Assembly (NCBI GenBank): GCA_964428315.1
Contig: CAYRXT010000001.1
Location: forward strand, 18,944-82,943
Reading direction: 5' to 3'
Length of the DNA: 64,000 nt
From: an uncultured Planctomycetales bacterium
GTDB lineage: Bacteria; Omnitrophota; Gorgyraeia; Zapsychrales; CAYRXT01
Of this stretch, positions 44,301-59,300 are shown piece after piece. The notes under the pieces were generated by a model, which was not told the DNA's origin, searched no databases, and was given only the letters and a program-made list of their open reading frames with translations. The translations under genes were made by a program, and so were the position numbers. Numbering within the stretch: position 1 is the first letter of the stretch; every line of letters starts with the position of its first letter.

Positions 44301-47300
44301 AGGGCGAGGACAAGCTTTCCCTGGACCCGGTCACCGGCGGCGGCTGGGCCTTCAAGGCCTCGGAGATGAGCTGGAAGAACGTCCTGCAGATGTGCGAGAC
44401 CGCGCTCAAACTGCGCGAGAACGGCCAGGGGCTGTCACAAAAACTGCGGTACATGGTGGAGGCCCACGCGAACCTGGCCAAGGACCGCATGGAATGGGAG
44501 ATGAAAAACACCACGGAGATCCTGAGGTTTTCCGACTTGACGCGGGTCATGACCGGCCTCAAGGATTCCGTCAAGTCTGAGGGCATGACCGCGGCGGATT
44601 ACGAGAACCTCTACCGCTTCAGCGTGGAGATGGCCGAGGTGACGCTCCTGCCCACCCGGGTCGTCTCCGACACCCCGAAATCGGCCCTTTACGCCCTGCC
44701 GGCCGAGATGCAGTCCGTGGGCCGCGACCTAGAGACCGTGACGCTCGACGAACTGCCCGCCTATCTGCGGACACTGTGGCAGGACCTCTCGGACAAGTTT
44801 GAGACAGGGGCGCAGGGCTTCGACGCCTGGATCCGCGCGGACGGAGGAGGCAAACAGATACGGGATATCATCGAACAATACGGCTGGCTCGTGCCCGGGA
44901 CTCGGAAGCTGGGCGAGCACGCGGTCCAGTTTGTGCGCATGGCCCTCGATTTCATGGCGCGGCCCGTGGAGGTCCGGGAGAAGCTGGTGGCCCTGGCCGG
45001 CGCGCGCTCGCCGCTCGAGGCCGCCTACAAGCTGTTTGTCAGCGGGATCACCAGCCAGAGGACCCTGATGCTTTTGGTCTTCATGTACAGTTTTTACGTG
45101 GAGAAACTGGAAGGCGGGGGCCTGAGCCTGAAGCAGCTGCGGGAGGTTATGACAGCCGTTGCCGACAGGCCCCACGAGCTGGCCGTCGAAGTGGCCCGGC
45201 GCATGGGGCTGGAAGAAAGTTACATCATCCGGAACTTTGAACAGTGGTTCAGGGATGAAGGCTTCGGGGAGCTCACCGAGGAATACCTCGAGGAATGGAG
45301 CGACGCGCTGAAGCACGAAAACAGGATCAGCCGTCTCCTGCGCGGCAGGATCGCCAACGCGCGCCAGCATTTCAGGCAGAAGAAGGTCCGGGAGACCGTG
45401 AGCCGGCTCATGAACCTGTGGGCGCCGCCGCTCAAGAAGATCGAAGGCCTCCTGGAGCGGGTGCGGAAGTCCGCCGTCATGGATGACCTTTCCCACGTGG
45501 AGCTCATGAGCATCATGGGCGTGAACCCCCCGATGAACAAGGTGCTGGGCCTCAGCGGGCGTTACAAACATTTTCTTGAATCCGCGCGCGAGGTGTTTTC
45601 GGACAAACACTACCGAAAACAGACCGTGCCGACCATCGCGTACCTCGCCGCCTTCCCGCGCAACATCGTCAGTTTTATCATGAGGCCGCGGCAGAGACAA
45701 GATAACCTGGGGACGGTCGGCGCGCAGAAGGCCGTCGAACAGGAAATGGCCTTCATCGCCGAACACGGGTTTGTCCCTGTCAGCGAGATCAGGGCCCTCC
45801 TCCGGGAGAGGATGACGTCCGATGAGCGGGGTGATACTAAGGACCTCTCAAAGGGCGACGCCGGCAGACTGCGTGAGCTGATCGGCCGCGCGGTGGACGG
45901 ACATGTCGCCGCGGAGCGGTTCCTGCGCAGTCCCGAACTCGCGAAATATCTCTCCCGGGTGCGCGTCGTCATCCGGGGCCGCCTCAACAGCAAGACGGAG
46001 ACCGACGAGAATAAAAAGGAAAAACACGTCAAGGGCGTGCTCGAAGACTTGGCGGACAAACTGGGCGCGCTGGAAGAGGACGTGGACGAACAGGGGTTCC
46101 TTGAGAGGGTAACCGGGGAACCGGGGATCACAATTGTTCAGATCGAGCGGATCCACAACATGATCCGAGACTGGCACGAAAAGACAGGGCTGGACATCGA
46201 ACTGTCCCTCGACTCGGTCCTGCGCGCCGGTATTGACGCGCTGGAAGAATACCTGGCCGCGTACGCGGAATTCAGGCAGGAAGAACTTGACGTTGAGGCA
46301 TTAATAGAAGGGACTAGGAAAGCCGGACCGGATGCCGCGTCCTTGGAGGATGTCCTCAAGGGTAAAGACAGCCGGGGGGCGCGGGGGGCGGTTTTTGAGG
46401 CCGTGGAGCGGGGCAGTCTGCCGTTGCGCGCCGCTTTGGCCCAGCTCAAGGACGCGGCCGTCATGGCGTTCAGACAGCGCGGGGCCGCCGAGCAGAAGGC
46501 CAGGGAGGCATCCATTGTTATCGGGCATAACACAAAGAACCGCGTCAACGTGGTCAACACGACGGGTATCCGGGGACGGAGCGGGTTTGCCGCGCTCCTT
46601 GAAAAGCTGGAGACGTTCATGGAGAATGTCTCCTACTACACAAGGGGCCTGCCCGTGTCCGATATTGTCCGTCAGATCAAGCTCGTGGAGGGTTCGGACA
46701 ACCTCTGGTCCTTCACCGTGCCGCCGGCGGACGTGGGCCTGGAAGAAGGCGAGGTAGACCTCAGGCTGGATATCTCCGCGCTCGAATGGTCCCCGGTTGA
46801 GCAGGCGGCGCTGGCCGTCCTTTTGGCCCGGAGCCTGAACGACCGTGAGAGCCAGCTGGCAAAAAAGATTGACAGGGAAGGGGCCGCCGGAGAGCAGGCC
46901 AGGGAGCTTGCGGACATTCTGTGGGGAGGCGAGAAAAACTCGTTCAACCACAAGGACCTGGCCGGGCTCAGGAAGGCGTTGGACGACATACTTGATGTCA
47001 TCAGTGAAAAGGCCGGTAAAGCGGATATCAGGAAACTCGCAAGAAAGATCCGCGGCATACTGAAGAAGGCTGATAAGCAGGACAAAGGCGCTCAATGGGC
47101 GGACAAGGAGATCCAGACGCTGTTGAAGAAATTTTTACACAGGTTTCAGAAGACGCTGGATGAAGACTCCATTAAGCATTCCGTCAGGACCGCGGCAGAG
47201 GAGGCCCTGGGGGTCGTGTGGGACAACAACGCCGGCCTTCTTAACGATGCCGCCGAAAAAGACAAAACCAAGGACAAGGACAAGGATGATGACGAGGATG

Positions 47301-50300
47301 ATGATTCTCCGCTCTGTTCTTTCGATGAGGAGACCGTCGACGGGGTTGCAAAGCACATACGGGATCTGATAAATGAAGAATACGGTGACATCGTCCGCGG
47401 ACGGGTTGAAGAGAGATCAGGGTATAAAAGCAGAGAGGATGCCGCGGATCAGCAGAGTTCATCGGAGGCCGCCGAAACCGTTGATAAAGGAGAAAAGGCT
47501 GAAGGCGGAACTGGGGCTGCGGAGAACCAGTCCGGAGAGAAAAAGGACGAGAAGACAGAGGAGGAACCACAGTCAGCGCCGAGCGATGGGGACACAGGGA
47601 CCCGGGCCGCGGATCAGACTGACGATCACCCCAGCGAAGGGGCAGGTTCGGGCACGGCAGAGGAAACAAAAACAGAGGATTCAAAGGCAGACGCCAAACC
47701 GCGTTCGTTCCGTGAGAAGGTTGTCCGCTTCTTCAGAGGCAACGGCGAGAAGGCGCGCGAGGTAAGCCGTCAAGTCAAAAAAGACGCCGAAGATAAGCTG
47801 AAAAAACTTTACGCTAACCATGATAGTAATGAAAAGAAACGATTGAGAGGGAAGACTCTCAGCGAAAGCCGCGGGCGCGAGGTCTATGGGCCGAAGGGGC
47901 TGGGACGCCTGTTCGATATTTTGACCAGGACGCGGTATTTCCGTATCAATCTGCCCTTTATCGGCTATTTTTACTGGGGTTACGACGGCAGGGGCTTTTA
48001 CGCGAACAAGGAGATCAGGGACGAGGAAGGCAGCACCGCCACTTTCCCGCTCCCCTCCGTCGTGGTGGCAACCGGGGGCGGGCTGACCTATTTCGACTTG
48101 ACGGACCTGGCTCCGGCTGTCGCCGGGTTTTTCATCGGCGGACCGGCCGGCGCCGCGGCCGGCCTGTGGATGGCGGCGAGCAGTCTTTTTCAGCACGAGG
48201 TCAAGGGCCCGGTGGTCGGGTTTGTTTCGGGCCACGCGCGGACCGCGGCCATGTACGGGCGCAAGGCTTCGTCCACGGCGATTTCTCTCTTCGGCGGCGT
48301 CAACAAGGTCAACCTTGACGGGCTGGCGGTGTGGCGGAAACTGCGCGTTATGGCGGCCGGCCCCATGGCTAACCTCCTGGGCGCGGGCGTGGCGGTCTTT
48401 CTTGGCGCCCTTCTGGGCGGTCTGGGATTCGAATCCCTGGCCGGCGTCCTGAGCGGCGCGTCGGATTTCAGCTCTTTCGGCGCCATGATAGCCAGCATGG
48501 GACAGAACATCGCCGGGCTGGTGCAGTCCGTGGGCAGCGGGCTGTGGTTCTCGCTCGATTTTTACCAGAACATCAACCTCCTTACCCTGAACCTGTTCCT
48601 GGCCCTGTTCAACCTCCTGCCGTTCGGGTTTACCGACGGCGGACGCATGCTGAGTGAAGGCCTTACCGCGTTGCTGAAGTCCACGTTGTACAGGAACGAC
48701 GCTTACGGCGCGGAGCGCGCGGCCAAGACCGTGATGAAATGGTGGACACGCTCCGCGGGCTTGATCGGGGTCGCCGCCCTCGCGGTCAGCGGGATAGACT
48801 GGATCGCGGCGTTCAGGACCGGAGGCGGCGTGCTCCTGGGCGGGACCCTTGTTCTCGGGACCGCCGGTTATCTGGCCGGGAAGATGATCAAAAAGTTGAC
48901 CAACGCCCGGGTTCCGGCTGCCGTGAGATACCTTAGAAACGGCATGCTGATAGCGGCCGGTTCGGTTGTCGCGCTTCATTTTGGGGCGATGCTGTTCAGC
49001 CACGCGGCGGCGTCCGCGGCCGGGAGCGTCGCGCAAGGCCGGCTGCCGGCCTCGGTTTTCCTGAGCGCCGCGGCGATAGCCCTGATCGCGAAGATCATCA
49101 AGAAAGACAGCGCCATTGGCCGCGTGGTCAGGCCCATGACGACACGCGTTTTCTGGAGCGGCCTGGTCATGGGTATTCTGGTCATAGGGGGCAACATGGG
49201 GCTTGTCTCGCTCGGGGCCGGGTCTGGGGCGGCCGCGGGACTCAAGGTCTTTGAGGGCGTTATGCAGAATTTGAACGGCCTGGCGCCGGCGATGCTGAAC
49301 GGCGCGGCCTCCTTCCTCGGGCTGACGGCCCTGGCGCCGTTCGCGGGTCATGTCGCTGGACACTGGCTGTTTGCCTCCGGGGCCCTGAGGGTCCTCGTGG
49401 TCGGCCTGGTGTCCGAATTCATGGACAACGATCCCTACAGCCACGGCAATAACACCGATGACGAATATCAGGACGGTGAACTTCACGGTAGTCTTTTCCC
49501 CAATGTTTTCAATATAGGGACATCTCTGCTCAGGACAGCGGCTGATATAACCGGAGAAGACGGCGATCCTCATTGGCAGCAGGTGAGCGTGACCGATCCC
49601 GGGCTGTCAGATTTTGGACCGGGACCGGATGAAGACGGTTATGTGCCTGACGCCGTCGGCATGCCCTTGCCGCCGGCTCCGGCCGCGGGTCCTTTGATCC
49701 CGGGGACGCAGACGCCGTTATATTTCTTTGAGCCGTCTTCTTCGACGTTTCCGCTGATCTTCGGCGCGACGACTCCGGGCCCTGACGGAATGAGAATGAC
49801 AGTGGCCTCGGCTTCGCGCGGGGACGCCGATCCCTTCCAGGCGGCCACGACCGACAGGGGCCCGTTTGCCAATGTCAATTCCGCCGCGCCGGTCGAACCG
49901 GTGCCGCCGAACCCCGGCTCCGGTAATAACAACCCGGGCGGTCCGGGAGGCGGGAATCCTCACGCGGTGATCGCCTTTGTCAATAGTCAGGCAGGCGACC
50001 GTGCCGCTGTGGCACATTCCAGTGTTACCGATCCGAATATCTCAGGTTATCGTTGGACTCTATCGACATCTAGCAATGTCAAAGCGTCACATTATATGTC
50101 AGGCAACACAAGTCCCACGCCGTTTCGCGCTGCCGCCCTTTCCACAAAGGGTCAGGCAGGGAACGCAGTAGAGTGGATCATTGATCAAACAGGAAGAGCA
50201 GTACGTGTAACAGTACACGCAGTTGCTGGTCTGATTTTGCCGACGCCGGTGTACGCGGCTGAGGTGAAAGACAGTGAAGTCTCTAACACGCTTATCGGCA

Positions 50301-53300
50301 AAGGGTTGTATGGATTCGGCCCGGCGTCGGTCGCGGGTGATGTGACAGGTGTGCGAGGTGTGCGCACGCGGAACAGCAGTGCCACAAGTGAAAACGGTCC
50401 AGCCATCCGGGTTACATCGGGCGTTGACGAAGCCCCGATGGGCCGAAAAGGCGGTATCCCGAGTGTCTATACCGGAAACGGTACAGGCGCGGAGGCGTTC
50501 TTTGGTGGTGTCAGTTTTGCAGGTAACAACGGTCAAGATCGGCCTGTGACAACGGCGACGGTACCTGTCGTCCACGGCTGGAACGGATTGACCGGCGGGG
50601 TTACCGGTGGTTCGGGAAGTGCGTCCGGTCGGAACGCGGGGAGATCCGCGGGACAATCGGGCCGGAACCTGAGAGATGTTCCAGAAAATCTCAGGTTCTC
50701 TGGTGTTTCCTCCACAGGCGGCCAAGCCACGGACTACCGCTATAACAGCGGCAGAGAAAGCCGGGAATCCGGGACAGGGACAACAGGCATCCCCACGGAC
50801 GATGCCGGGGACGGCGAAGCCGGTCCCGAAGGGTCCAGGGCCACAGTCACGGGAGGATCGCGAGGAAAGGGTGTTACCCGAGGTTCGATTCGTGTGTCCG
50901 GTACCGAAACGGTCCATGAGACCGGAATGGCTGCCGGCGAAGCCTTTAATGCGAATCGGCCCCGCACTGAAGACAGTACCGTCCGGCATGACGGACCAAA
51001 TGAAGTTGTAAATAACCCTGTGAGCCGTTTAGGAAACAGAAGAAACGGTCTGCAGGAATTTTCTGTATTCCCCACAGACGTCATTTCCCTCTACAGCGGG
51101 TTCGATTTCTCCCGTATTTTCCAACGGATATTCAACTCAATCAAACTGTCGTTGCGGGCCCTGAAAGGGCCAAGCGATGACACAAGCCACGGAGGTGCGC
51201 GATGGTTTACCCAAAGCAGAACTTTACGGACATGGATCTCTCGCACGCGGTCGAGTTTCCGGAATGCGATGTCTCGGTTAACACGGGCCGTGAGCGTTCG
51301 ACAGGACGAACGCGGATCTTCCTCATCTTCCATCACACGGGCCGGGCGTTCGCCCGTTACCGCAACGCCTGGTCGCCTCTGGCGAACGATGACGCGCGTC
51401 TTGTCCTGGCCCTCGCGGCGAGCTCAGATATCCCGCGCTATCGCGCTTCCGGCAGTCCTGATAGCCTTATTCTCCAGTAATGAAGCCGTGGCGGCCGGCG
51501 GGCTTCCGGCCGAAAACCTTCATTTGACCCCGGCCGGCCTGGCGGTGTTCCTGGCCCTGGGCGCGGTCGCGCTGGGGATCTACCTCTATCATGCCGCCAA
51601 TAATGAAAAGGCGCCGGGCCTGTCCGGAACCGGTCTGATCATGCGTGAATGGCTTTACGGCGGGGCAGATCTCCTGGCGCTTGTCGGCAGTGACCCTGAA
51701 ACGGCCCGGGACGTCCTGAAGACGCTCGAGGCGCTTACCGGCGAACCGGGCGCGGCAGGAAAGAATTTCCATGATAAAGAGGTTTATTTGAGGGCCCGGG
51801 ACACGTTCTTCGCTGATCTGGATTCCCGGGGCGTTACCTGTGAAGAATTGGAGCGTCTGACCGCCTCTCTCAGGGAAACAGCGGGCCTGGCCGGTGAGGC
51901 CCGAGAGGAGGAGACCGCTGAGGTTGTCCGTTACGCGCGAGAGGCGCGGACCGGCGTTTCCATGGCGAAATGGATCGGATGGGCGGCGGTCGCCGGGAGC
52001 GTCATCGGCCTGCTCGGCCGCATTGTCCTGGCCGGCCCGGTTGACGCCGGCATCCTCTGGCTGTCCGGCAGTCTGACCGCGGCCGGGGCGGCCATCCTTG
52101 TTGCCGACCTGACTGCCGGGCGCTGGGAAGGCATCAGGGATTCCCTGGAGAGCATTACGGACCGGTTGACAACCGGAGACGCCCGATTCTTCCCGCGCAT
52201 CCGCTATTCGAGGAAGACCCTGGCCCTGGTCATCGGCCTCATGATGGCCGTGCTTGCGGCCGGGATGGTCGGGGACGCCCTCCAGTCTCAGGAGCCATGG
52301 ACAACCACGGACTCCGGATACGTGAATGACGCCGCCGCCGGGACCGCGGGCGGCAGCGCGGCAGGCCCCGCCCCCGAGAACGGAGAGGGCAGGGAACCGC
52401 CGGATCCCGAAAAGACGCTCTCCCGGAACGCGGACGAACATCCCTTGCGGCGGGACCAGGACGTTGTTTTCGCCTCCATGGTGGATTGCGAGCTGGCGGT
52501 TAAACTCGCCGTGAAGTCCGTGACATGGGTTAAGGATCTGGTGGAGAAACTTCCGTTTGTTGATAACCCAGGGCGCGCGACGAGGTCTTATGAATCATGG
52601 ATCATTCCGGAAACGCCCGGGTCATGGCTCCGGGTTCAAAATGTGCACGGCAATACCGTTTATAACGCGAACCTCAACGGGATTGATTCATTCCAGTGGG
52701 ACGGCCGGGACAACCAGGACCGTGTTTTGCCCCAGGGCGTCTATCCCGCCCGGATTCGGGCCGGAAACAAGGAGTTCGGCTTTAAGTACCTTATCTCCGG
52801 AGATGATTTGGCAAGGGCCGCTTACGCCGTAGCCAAGAAAGGGACGATCAAGGCCTTCATCCCTGACCTCTTTGCGCAGGGTTTTATAGCGCCGGTAAGC
52901 ATGGCCGTTTCACCCGAGATACTCGTCTTGCTGGAAATGGAGAGGCAAGCCGCAAAGAAGAATTCCTTGGAAGATTCGCTTGCGCGGTCCCGGATGAGGG
53001 ACCTCTCGCCGTACGGTTACATTTACGACATGATGGGCCGGGAAAACCTCGAGCCGCGGGATATCCAGAGGATCGCCTTTCATTTCAGCGAACTTATGGA
53101 GAGCGAGGACGTGGAAGGCTTCAAGACAGCCGCGGACCTCTTCATGCCACGACATCAGGCGATCCTGAAGACGGAAGGGCATCGGCGGCTCTTCTGGCGT
53201 TTCTGCGACATTAACGCGGAGTTCCTGAATTGGATGGCCTGGAGAGAGGACCTTATGGTGAGCAGCGCATTCTTCCTCAAAGGCGCCGGTGAATGGCTGG

Positions 53301-56300
53301 CCGTGATTGAAGAAAACGATGAATCTGAAACGGCCGCGCGCCGTCTGGGACTGCCCATCGAAGAGAGCCGCAGTGTCGGACCGGGGATGACAGAAGATTT
53401 AACAGGGATGAAAATGGCCCAGGCCTCGACGGGCCGATACCTGGTGGCGGCCAACCTTTACAGGGCCCTCCCCATCTTGACAAGGAAGCAGATAAACCGG
53501 TTGGCCGGCGGCGTTATCGACCATGTGCGCTTTGTCCTGACCGGAGAAAACGCGCAAGGCGTCATTGAACTTTATCCGGTCCAGGCGCCCGAACCCTGGA
53601 CCTACGCCCTGGCGAAGGTCCCGTCAAATTCTTTCTTCGGTGATGCCAGATACCGCGATATACATACAGACTGCGTCACGCACGAAGCCGAGCATTTGTT
53701 CAAATATAACCGGATGGACATGCCGCTTTACATGAACACGGAGGTGGCTTTCAACGGCGGGTACATCCGGCTGGGGCCGGACGTCGTGCTTATGCGCGCG
53801 GTAGCGGTTTCCTTGTATAACCACTTCACCGGAAAGGACATGGTCGAGCCCGGGACAGCCTGGCAGGGGAGGCCGTGGCTCCAGTATCCGCATTTTGAGG
53901 AAGGCGGCTGGGCCGACTGGCAGGGGAAATGGGGCGGCTGCGTCGATTCACTGAGAAATTATATTGCGCGGAAAGCGGAGCGTGAAATCGTTTCCGACCG
54001 CAACTCTGAGATCGAAGAGGCCATCGCGGCGTACAGCCGCGGCCGGGATCTTTACCGCCTTTCCATGGGATACAGGGAATTCCTGGAGGAAAAATACGGT
54101 CCGGCGGCCGCGCGGTTCGGCGCGGACGTCTTCTTTGAATGGGTTAGCCGTTTCCCGGTCCTGGACGCGGACGTCGACACCTTGAGCCAGAAAGGCGTTT
54201 ACGGGCTGAGCCCGGCCGGGGCGGCGGTGGCCGCGGAGGCGACCGCGCGTTCCTATGCGTCGGACATCAGGGATATCTTCGTTGATGTCTGGAAGGGGAT
54301 ACGGCTTTGGAGCCATCAGGGCGTGACACCCGAGCAGGCCGCCGGCCGCGCGCGTTCGGCCTTTTACCGGACCTATGTGCCGGTGATCGTGGAAACCGTC
54401 AGAAGTATGAACGTCCCGCTGAGGGCCGAAGGGGCTCAGCTGGATTCTCTCGTCGGAGTTGTTATCGAAAAATTGGAAGATTTCGCGTATACGGGCGGCG
54501 ATATGTTTGACCCGGCTGTGCCGATGGATATTGCCGACGCGGCGGTTGTCGCGGCGGTGCTTGACGAAAATATCGGGCACAACTACACCGTGGACAACGG
54601 AGGTTTCAGTGTCATGGCCGATTCGCTGGACGAGGCTGAAGGAAAACAAGTGGCGATGAGCGCCGCCGGCGAGGCCGTTTTCTGGCAGGAGGACCCCGTC
54701 CCCGGCGAGCCGGGCCCGCTGCCCGTTGTCCCGGGGCGGCAGAACTTTATCGTCAGTTCGGTTTTCCTGACGGCAAACTGGATCCGGTCAATGCTGTCTC
54801 AAGACGCGCGGGCCCTTGACAAGACCTCCTCCGCGGCCGTGGAGGGCTTCTTTTACACGCCGCTTCCCGACGCCGATAATGTCGTCGAGGATACGGCGAT
54901 GACGGCGCTGTTCCGGGACAAGGTCTCGGAGATGGGCTGGCCGCACCCGTATCTGTTCCGCGCGATCCCGGTGTTTTACGTGGACAGCCGGACGGCGGAT
55001 TCCCTCGGGGTGACATGGGTCGGGCCCTACGAAGACTTCACGTCAAATGGATTCTCCCCGGAGGCGGACCCGGACCAGGACAGGGTTGTTTGGGCGCCGG
55101 TGGTGGACGGGATGTGGGGCGGACCGGGTCCGGCTCCGGAGTACCAGGACTATTACGACCCGGACAACCCGGATTACGACATGGCCGAGGATTATTCGGT
55201 GAGCCTGGCCGATACGGTTACCGGCGAGATGTGGGACTTCTGGTATTTCCGGGTGGATGTCCACGGCAATTATTACGCCTCGGCAGTGAAGTACTGGGGG
55301 CCGGGCAGCTGGCGGGGAGACGGGATCAGCACCTGTCAATATCCGGGGATCCGGGGCGCCGGGACACCGCTGGGCGCCGGACTGCTGACGCAGGAAGAGA
55401 TCCTGCGGGCGCGCGGAGGAGACATGGACGCGGTCACCCACAAGCTGATTTTCGCCTGGCCCTATTCCAGCAGTGAGATGAGATGGCCGGCGACACGCTC
55501 CGACGGGTGGAGGAGCGCGGGCGAGGGGATACCGGAAGGAACACTCTTACAGCTTGACCCGGGACATGATTATGAGCCGTATATCCGCCATTTGTCTTCC
55601 GAAGAAGACAGGAACGTGGCCCTCGCGCTGATCCGCGCGCTGAAGACATACGGCGCGGTCTGCGTGGACAACGGCGGAGGGTTCGGGATCATCGTCGAGC
55701 AGGTGGACGGCACGCACGCGAAACTGAACCCGGACTGCCTGGCGGGGATCAACCTGGACAAGTTCCTGGTCGTGGCGCCGGAGAGTTTCCCCGCGGGCCT
55801 GGCACTGGAGCGGAGGATTGATCCGGAGGATCCCCTTGAGGGATATAAAGAGGTCGGTATTGAGCTGATTGTCAACAGGGACGATCCGGCGGCCGCCTCG
55901 AAGGTCCGCGCCGAGTTCCGTTCGCTGGACGGCGAAAGCCTGGTGGAAGACAACAGGCACTTGATGCGGATGAACCTGGCGGCGGGTGAATTCGCGTGGC
56001 AGGACATGGGAGACGGCCGGGCGCGGATCGCCTTCGGGGTGGAGACTTCCAGCCGGGGCGGGGCGGAGAGCCTCATGGCCGACACGAGATACATCATGCG
56101 CCTGACCGTGGAGGACGGGCGGGGCGCCGAGAGCTATCCGCTGATCCATTCCTTCCGGTCGCCGGCCGTGGCGACGGACGTGGTCCCGGCCGCGGACGGT
56201 GACGGCGAAGATGGAGGAAATCTCCCGCAAAACTACCCGAACCCGTTCAATGCGGCCACGTCGGTGTGGTATGAGGTGCCGGAGGCCGGGCGCGTGGAGC

Positions 56301-59300
56301 TTAAGGTGTACACGGTCTCCGGGCGGGAAGTGAGGACGCTGGTGGATGAGTACCGTGAGGCCGGGCAGTACAGCGTGGTGTGGGACGGGCGGGATGATTC
56401 CGGCAACAGCGCCGCCGCCGGCGTTTACCTGTACGTGGTGAGGCTTGACGGCAGGGTCATCGCGTCGAAGAGGATGACGCGGATGGCGGCGCAGAGGGAC
56501 GGCCGGCAGGGATGGCTGGGAAGCCTCAAGGACCTCTTCAGCATCTCTGAGGCGAGCGCGGCGGTCGAAAATCGGTACGCGGCGGCGCGGATGAAGGCTG
56601 GACCTTTCGCCCTCGAGCCGGCCGAAGCGGCCGCGCGGGCGGTCAACACGCCGGAGCCCGCCGGTCAAAACGCTGAAGAAGGCCGCGTCAGCCTGACGCT
56701 GGGGGATGTTTACGAATATATTGACATGCTCAGGGATTACAGTGACGGGCAGATACAGGGATATTTTGACATGGTCCCGGCGCTTCAGACGGCGGAGGTA
56801 TGGGAGGATTACGCGGTCATGGTCCGGATCCTGCTCCGGGAAAAAGGCGTTGCCGGGGACCCCCTGCGGTATGAACTCTTTGCCAGCCGGCCGGAAGGTC
56901 CCGGGACCGAAGTCGTGCCGGCGGTCTCCGAAGAGGAGGCCATGGATATCCTGACCGGGAAGAAATACGCCTACGACACCTTGGCCGTCAAAAGACTGTA
57001 CAAAGAAGTTATCGAGGAGCATCAAAGCAGGATGGTCCGCGACCCCGGGCTTTCGCGGCTGGAGGTCTTCCTCATGCGGTCCCAAAACATCACGCCGGCC
57101 GAGGGGCCGGAGGCGCGTTTTGGGCGCTTACAACGGACACACGCGGACGATGAGTTTGTCTCGGCCAATAGGCGTATAACCCTTTATGGTAAGGACATTT
57201 TCCACCCGACATACATCCTGGACATAAGGGGAACCGAAGTTGTGCTTAATGTGAGCCTGAAACCGGTGTTCCAGACCGCCGCGGCCGAACAACTCCTTGG
57301 GAAAATTGATGCCCGCGGCGCCGAAACCCAGGCGCTGGATATGGTGGACACACTGATGATATATATGGAAACCGCCTGCCGGGCGGAAGAGGCCGGGGAC
57401 AGGGAAAGCGCCCTGATCAACTGGAAACACGCGCTGTGGCGCGCGGAACAACTGCAGAGACTGCCCCAACCATCCTTCAGGTGGTGGTATTACGAATTCG
57501 CTGAGGACCTTGTCGATTCTATCAGGCAGTATATCCGCCGTCATTATGAGGCGCCGGGCCGGGGTATTTGGGATCGGCCCGGAGCCGTCCTCCACGGTTG
57601 TTTAAAAGGAAAGACGGGGCCGGCGGCCGGTTCGATCGTGATGAGCCTGGCGCCGCTTATGGCGCGCGCGGCCGATCAATTGGCCGGCGCCTTTGCCCAA
57701 AAGCGGCCATCGCGGGAGCCATCTATTAAAGATATTAATGGAATTATTAAGAAAATAGACGGATTAAAGGCAAGCGTGACCAGGGAAATAGCATCTCGAG
57801 AAGATGAAAGGAAGGTTAAGGATGCGAGGAAGAAGATTTATGCGTTGATATCGAAACTATACATTTACGCGTCAGAAAGCAATATCGGTATCGAAGGTTT
57901 TAAGAAGGAGGCCTGGAAGCTGATCGACCTCGCGGAGTGGGGCAACATTAACGTCAGGATGAAAGCCAGAGATCAATTACGAAGTATCTTGAACAAGAGG
58001 ATCCCGTCCATGAAAGAAGATCCTCGGCATAAAGATCATTTGGATGAAATAAAAAAGATCGAGAAGGAAATGAAGAGAATTATTGATGAATTTGATAATC
58101 GAGGCAAGAAGAGCCCCCGCGGATGTGCCCCGGCGCCTTCCATGGTCAAGACGGTCCTGCGGGCGGCGATGAATGGAGTTCAGTATATCCTTGCCGGCCC
58201 CGAGCTCCAGGCGGCGGAGGCCGCTCATGCCGCCGGGGACAAGTTCTGGCAGGATGTGGCCGCGCAGGGAGAATACAACCAGGCGGACATCGACGAAATG
58301 GCGCGGGTCACCGACAGCCTGTGGCTCGCCGCGGACCTCCCCTCGCCGGATGACGTGGAACAGGACTTGGTGCCGGCCCTGAAGACGGTCTCGACCGCGG
58401 AAGATTCCCTGGAACTGGCCCGGTCGTTCCTCTCGGCATGGGAAGTGGAAAAATTCAGGTTTCAAGACGCAAGGCAGCATGTCCTTTTCTCGCGGATCTT
58501 CGCCGCCCCGCTGGCCGCCGCTGACAGTATGCGGAGGGTTTTGAGCGGAGACCGCGGGACAGACAGGATAGAAGATGTCCTCGGCGAAGGCTGTGCTCTG
58601 GGCAGGCCTTACGCCGGGGCCGTCCTGTCCCGTATTTTTGAAGAGACGGCTGTTGATGTGCTGGGGATGGATTTGCCGGGGCATGTCTGCGTCTTTGTTG
58701 CCCTGAACACGGAGTACGGGTTTATTTATGACCCTTCATCGCTGACAACAAGCCGGGTCTTCCGTCTGGCGCGGTACACGGAGAAGGCGGGAGAGACCTA
58801 TTACTTCAAGGAGGCGTTCTACACCGAGGTCATGCCCGAAGGGTGGGCACCTGACAGGGATATATACACGGAGTTCCGGCTGTTATCCGTTGAGAAGTTC
58901 GCGGCAAAGATTCTGTTCAATATTGGCACTTACTATCTTGACCTTGATGCATTCTCAGCAGCGGCGGATTATTACAGACGAGCGCTGGCCGTGGATTCGA
59001 CGGACGCGGACGTCCTTAACAATTTGGGTAACGCTTATTTCAATCTGGGCGAATACGGGGCCGCGGCCGAACAGTACACGGCGGCGCTGACCTATAATCC
59101 CGAGAGCATTGAAAGCCGCAAATATCTGGCCCTGACCCTTGCTGAGCAAGGCAAAAAGACGGAGGCCATAATCAATCTTAAGGCATACCTGGGCGAACGG
59201 CCCGACGATTATGCAATGATGTTTCAATTGGCCCGTATGCATACGGCGAAGATTTGGATGATTTTGGGGACTTTTTTGGCCGCTTGTATCGTGGTCCTGG

